From Bdellovibrionota bacterium (lineage in GTDB: Bacteria > Bdellovibrionota_C > UBA2361 > JAAYZI01): 64,000 bases of DNA. A program made the translations under genes and the position numbers. The DNA lies in NCBI GenBank assembly GCA_050950765.1, contig JBMNIF010000002.1, positions 512,001 to 576,000 on the forward strand. Direction: 5' to 3'. The notes beneath the pieces were generated by a model. The model did no database searches. It saw only the letters and a program-made list of their open reading frames with translations, and had not been told where the DNA came from. Below, one piece after another: positions 59,589 through 64,000 of this stretch (within the stretch, counting starts at the first letter, position 1; each line of letters starts with the position of its first letter).

Positions 59589-59619
59589 TATTAAAACTTC
59601 GTTTTACTACAACTATCTG

Positions 59620-59648
59620 ATTTTAGCCCGCCCCTCCTACCTCGTCAA
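59620..59648 (-). promoter_or_regulatory. sigma70-type promoter, copy 2
   Basis: TTGACG-17 nt-TAAAAT, identical to copy 1. Confidence 0.7.
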
Positions 59649-59727
59649 TTTTACTAAAAAATAATGCTTTATCAGACAGTTACGCACAAAAAAGCGCTGT
59701 TAAAAACGGTCTCGCCCTCTCTTCCCA

Positions 59728-60828
59728 TTAAACATTAAAGAGGAACTCTACAACATCACCGTCTTCCATCACGTAATCTTTTCCCTCTGTGCGTAACACA
59801 CCCGCTGTGCGACACGCTGCCACACTTTTGTATTGGAGATAATCTTCATACTTAATGACCTGTGCGCGGATAAAGCCACGTTCGAAATCAGTATGAATCA
59901 CACCGGCAGCTTGTGGAGCCTTCCACCCTTTTTCTATCGTCCAAGCACGCACCTCTTTCGGACCTGCTGTAAAAAAACTTTGCAAACCGAGGGTGTCGTA
60001 TCCGATCCTCGTTAAGCCTTGTAAGGCGCTCTCTTTTAAACCGTATTCCTGTAAAAGCTCTGCCGCTTCTTGATCTGAAAGTCCGATCATATCCTCTTCG
60101 ATCTTAGCGCAGATCGTAACACACCCAGCCTTAGACTTTTCAGCGTGTGCCTTAACAGCCTTAACATAACTGTTCTCTTTATTGATCTCATCCTCTCCGA
60201 TATTCATAGCGTAAACTACACGTTTATCAGTTAAGAAGGAGGACTGCTTTAAAAAGAATTCGAAGTCGGCGTCATCGCGCTGTCCAAATGAAGATACGGG
60301 ATGACCTGTATTTAAGTGTTCAACTAAAGCATTAACAATCTCCACTAGTGGTAGCAATTTTTTGTCGCCTTTGGCTTGCTTCTGCACCCGCTCAAGTTGT
60401 CTTTCGATACTCTGCAGATCAGCTAAGATTAACTCCGTTTCAATCACCTCAATATCTCGTAACGGATCAACACTACCATCAACATGAACTATATTTTCAT
60501 CATCAAAACACCTGACTACATGCAAAATAGCATTAGCTTCTCTGATATTTGCTAAAAACTTATTTCCCAAACCTTCACCACGACTAGCACCTTTAACAAG
60601 CCCTGCGATATCTACAAAATCAACTGTGGCATAAATAGTTTTTTGTGGTTTTACGAACTCACTTATTAGATCAATACGAGGGTCTTTTAGAGGAACCGTT
60701 GCTTTATTCGGTTCTATCGTACAAAAAGGATAGTTAGCGCTCTCTGCATTTTGCGCTCTTGTTAAAGCATTAAAAATCGTTGATTTTCCAACATTCGGCA
60801 GTCCAACAATTCCGATATTTAGTCCCAT
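59728..60828 (-). CDS. ychF: Redox-regulated ATPase YchF (Obg family)
   Basis: [55 protein letters not shown] terminus. Confidence 0.97.
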   Translation of the reverse strand: MGLNIGIVGLPNVGKSTIFNALTRAQNAESANYPFCTIEPNKATVPLKDPRIDLISEFVKPQKTIYATVDFVDIAGLVKGASRGEGLGNKFLANIREANAILHVVRCFDDENIVHVDGSVDPLRDIEVIETELILADLQSIERQLERVQKQAKGDKKLLPLVEIVNALVEHLNTGHPVSSFGQRDDADFEFFLKQSSFLTDKRVVYAMNIGEDEINKENSYVKAVKAHAEKSKAGCVTICAKIEEDMIGLSDQEAAELLQEYGLKESALQGLTRIGYDTLGLQSFFTAGPKEVRAWTIEKGWKAPQAAGVIHTDFERGFIRAQVIKYEDYLQYKSVAACRTAGVLRTEGKDYVMEDGDVVEFLFNV

Positions 60829-61075
60829 AGCACACCGCTCTCAGATAGAAATGATAAATTAAGGTGCAGAAGCGCATTCAAAAACAGATCAGCCCGTTAA
60901 GCGGCGTCATTTTAGCCCATATCAATAAAATAACAATATCACCTTTTCTATCCTGACAAATCAATTAATCTCACGTATTGTCAAGAGATACTCACATTGT
61001 AGCCGCTCCTTCAAAACCCTTACTGTTATAATCGAGGTTGAGGTCTAAGGATAATTTTTATACATTGCTATCACC

Positions 61076-62809
61076 ATGCGCCTTTCTTTTTTTAATAAGT
61101 TTAAACAGATACCTTTCTTTAAAATTTTCTTACTAATCTCTGTCTGTTCTTACGGATTCCTTGCTTGGAAAACCGTAGCTCCTTTCTGGTTTAATCTCTC
61201 TTATTCAACTAACGACGCCTATCAACAGGTTTATCCGTTTCACAAAGTATTAAACCCGCTCCTATTTAAAGATGATGTCATTACTGAATATATGCAGCTC
61301 TACCTGCCGCCCCTGCACTATCTAATCTGTTCCGTAATAACTTGGCTCTCTTCTAACGTTATTTTAATGTCTCACATCGTGACGCTGCTTCAGATCTCGT
61401 TACTAATACTCTTTATGTTTTTAGGAGTTCGCCGTGCGGCAGGTAGCAGTGCTGCCCTATTTGCTACACTCTGGCTTTTACACACACGTAGCATCCTCGA
61501 TCGTGCCACAGGCGGTTTGGCGCGTGGCTGGCTAGCGGTAATCATTGCCTGTTTTTTATACCTACTTGTCAGTAAACGGCACCGATCTATTATCTTCCTT
61601 TTGTTTTTCGGATGTCTTCTAAATCAAGTAGGCACATTTGTTAGCGCTTTCAGTTATGGTCTTTTCTTGTGTTGTAAAATTTTATCTCGTAAAAGTCGTA
61701 AAGAATATCTACCGCACCTTATCAGACTTGGCATTGCTGCACCCTTTATAATTTTACTTACCTTTATTACCACTCAAAAACCTGCCGAGATAGGAGAGAT
61801 GGCAACTCTAAAAGAAGCCTCCACTCTAAGCACATTCAGCAAAACAGGACGTTTTCCACTTCTTCCTTTTAAAAGCATTACAAGTGAAATAACTGATTAT
61901 GCGCTGTCACCTTTTAACACCAAAAAAGTTTGGTACAAACCACCAGAGATTGTCCGCAAAGCAACTCTTCCCTTTGTGATACTCCTATTTTTGGGGCTTT
62001 ACTTAATGGCAGCATTTAAAAAACAGAAGAGCTTAATAGTAGAAGCGCTATCTTGTTTTTCAGCCTCTTTAATGGCTTATCTTTTAGCAAGACACTTTGC
62101 CTTTCGCCTTTTTGTACCGAATAGGTATCTTCTTGTTCCGATGGGACTTTTCTCTATTTTCTTCGTTTCCGCGATAGGTTTTAACGTATTTAAAAATATA
62201 AAAATTAAACCTTTAAACTTAGACGGCTCTGTTATCTTTGCCTGTTTTATGGCGTGCGCTATCCTTCTATTTTCAGGGCATGGCTTGTACGGTCACGGTA
62301 GGTTTGATGTAACAAGTACAAAAAGAGAAAACCTCTGGAAGTGGCTTAAGTTAAACACTCCCCACGATGCTCTTTTTGCAGGGCACCCTTCTTATATTAA
62401 TGGTTTGCAATTATGGGCAGAAAGAACAGCTTACATCACAACAGAAACGGCGCACCCCTTTTATTCAGAGTATCGTAAAGAATCAGAACGTCGCTTAGCA
62501 AACTCCTTCAAAGCGTATTACGCCACAACACCACTCGCCTTTACTGAAGTGCTAGAGAATGAAGGGATCGATTATTTCATCTTTAATAAAAAAGATTTTT
62601 CAGATGCAGCTATCAAGCGAGCAACTTACAGAGACCCTATTAGGGAAGTGGTGCAAGAATTATGCAAAGATAAAGTTGCAGCGGATTTTCTTTATGCAAA
62701 GTTTTCTAATGCCGAATCTCCATTATCGCAAAGTGTAGCTTACGAAGATCAAGATTCTCTTGTTGTCGATCTAAAGCACCTCCTTAAAATAAGCCAAGTA
62801 ACAAATTGA
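61076..62809 (+). CDS. Polytopic membrane protein, possibly GT-C glycosyltransferase-like
   Basis: About 11-12 TMs, acidic residues in the first loop (NDA..., KDD), soluble C-terminus WL..NTP.DA.F..P. Confidence 0.55.
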   Translation: MRLSFFNKFKQIPFFKIFLLISVCSYGFLAWKTVAPFWFNLSYSTNDAYQQVYPFHKVLNPLLFKDDVITEYMQLYLPPLHYLICSVITWLSSNVILMSHIVTLLQISLLILFMFLGVRRAAGSSAALFATLWLLHTRSILDRATGGLARGWLAVIIACFLYLLVSKRHRSIIFLLFFGCLLNQVGTFVSAFSYGLFLCCKILSRKSRKEYLPHLIRLGIAAPFIILLTFITTQKPAEIGEMATLKEASTLSTFSKTGRFPLLPFKSITSEITDYALSPFNTKKVWYKPPEIVRKATLPFVILLFLGLYLMAAFKKQKSLIVEALSCFSASLMAYLLARHFAFRLFVPNRYLLVPMGLFSIFFVSAIGFNVFKNIKIKPLNLDGSVIFACFMACAILLFSGHGLYGHGRFDVTSTKRENLWKWLKLNTPHDALFAGHPSYINGLQLWAERTAYITTETAHPFYSEYRKESERRLANSFKAYYATTPLAFTEVLENEGIDYFIFNKKDFSDAAIKRATYRDPIREVVQELCKDKVAADFLYAKFSNAESPLSQSVAYEDQDSLVVDLKHLLKISQVTN

Positions 62810-62942
62810 ATATCTTAGTGTTGTAAGTAGATGATCTATAAATTGATTGCACCGTGCTTAAGCGTTTGTCATAATTTAATACCTTAAATGCGAAATATCC
62901 TATCGCCAAAGATAGACTTTAGTTTTTTATGGATCTTAAAAT

Positions 62943-63362
62943 ATGAACCTTCTTTTATTAGCTATGTCTTCAACTTTTATTTTAGTAGGTAGCGCGCTTT
63001 CTCAAAATAACTCGTACGATAAATACGGCAACAAAACAGGTTCTTATCACACGAACTCAAGTGGTGACATCACTTCCTATAATAAATACGGAAGTAAGAT
63101 CAAAACTTATAACAAAACTTCCGATGGCTATAATATCTACGATAAGTATGGGAGTAAAAGCGGAACACTCAGAAAAACAACAAACGGATATAACACTTAC
63201 GACAAATACGGTAGCAGAACAGGTAGCTTCAAAACAGATTCGAACGGTACTACTACACACTATGATAAATATGGAAATAAAACAGGCACTTTTAAAAAAG
63301 ATTCAACAGGTCGCATAACTCATTACGATAAATACGGACATAAAATTAAAAGCTATAAGTGA
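62943..63362 (+). CDS. Small secreted protein with six Y(D/N)KYG repeats
   Basis: Signal peptide, then ~20-aa repeats each containing YDKYG or YNKYG. Confidence 0.75.
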   Translation: MNLLLLAMSSTFILVGSALSQNNSYDKYGNKTGSYHTNSSGDITSYNKYGSKIKTYNKTSDGYNIYDKYGSKSGTLRKTTNGYNTYDKYGSRTGSFKTDSNGTTTHYDKYGNKTGTFKKDSTGRITHYDKYGHKIKSYK

Positions 63363-63488
63363 ATACCTTACGGCGTAAAGATATGCTTATGATAAAAAAG
63401 GGGTGGGTGCTGCTTAGGCTTTTTTTGAATAATTTTTTAGATAAGAATCCTGCACAATTGATTGATGCTAAATTTATGGAGTTTTATT

Positions 63489-64000
63489 ATGCATAAAAAA
63501 ATCGTTAGTTTATTTTCAGGAGCAGGTGGCTTGGATAAAGGCTTTGAAAAAGCCGGATTTGATATTGTATGGGCAAATGAATTTGATCCTACAATTTGGG
63601 AAACTTTTGAACACAACTTCCCTAACACCTATCTAGACAAAAGAAGCATACGGGATGTTCCGTCAAATGATATTCCGGAGTGTATTGGTATTATTGGTGG
63701 ACCTCCGTGTCAAAGTTGGTCGGAAGCCGGTTCATTACGAGGCATCAACGACTCAAGGGGACAACTCTTTTATGAATTCATAAGAACCTTAAGAGATAAA
63801 AAACCACTATTCTTTTTAGCTGAAAATGTTGAGGGGATGCTTGCACAAAGACATGCGCAAGCTTTAGCCAAGATAAAGTATCTGTTTAAAGAGTCAGGCT
63901 ATAATCTAAGTTTTAAATTGATTAATGCAAATAATTACAACGTCCCTCAAGATAGGAAGCGTGTAATTTTTATAGGATATAGAGATGATTTAAATTTAAC
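63489..64000 (+). CDS. DNA (cytosine-5)-methyltransferase, M.HaeIII-like, 5' part (runs off the window; absent from the ORF track)
   Basis: Hand translation [16 protein letters not shown] (motif I), [11 protein letters not shown] (motif IV), [12 protein letters not shown] (motif VI), VPQDRKRV (motif VIII). Confidence 0.93.
   Translation, partial: MHKKIVSLFSGAGGLDKGFEKAGFDIVWANEFDPTIWETFEHNFPNTYLDKRSIRDVPSNDIPECIGIIGGPPCQSWSEAGSLRGINDSRGQLFYEFIRTLRDKKPLFFLAENVEGMLAQRHAQALAKIKYLFKESGYNLSFKLINANNYNVPQDRKRVIFIGYRDDLNL

Noticed and set aside
63437..63628. Minus-strand 63-aa ORF
   Set aside because: Antisense to the clear C5-methyltransferase starting at 63489

Overview
Chromosomal window (AT-rich, no rRNA, tRNA or CRISPR seen) from a diderm, probably anaerobic bacterium of deltaproteobacterial/Bdellovibrionota-like character; this taxonomy is inferred from PilMNOQ, a sigma54-driven pilin and PFOR. 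Core genes: pilM-N-O and pilQ (no pilP between them), priA, pcrA/uvrD, a tandem-fused double uvrA, pdxS, recJ, pilA, rppH, cimA, nfeD/flotillin, PFOR (nifJ), ychF, and the start of a C5 DNA methyltransferase. Accessory content: (1) a complete IS1634-like element with TIRs and a 6-bp TSD; (2) an orphan three-gene Tad minor-pilin module with a ~1550-aa Cys-rich TadE-like protein; (3) an RCC1/Cys-repeat surface protein; (4) two tandem paralogue pairs with near-identical non-coding flanks but diverged ORFs. One pair (22.9-25.5 kb) is bracketed by covarying 5' and 3' RNA structures that can also pair with each other, and is the best candidate for an undescribed RNA-controlled cassette system. (5) A dispersed ~70-bp intergenic repeat family. 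All calls come from reading motifs by eye; no database search was run.
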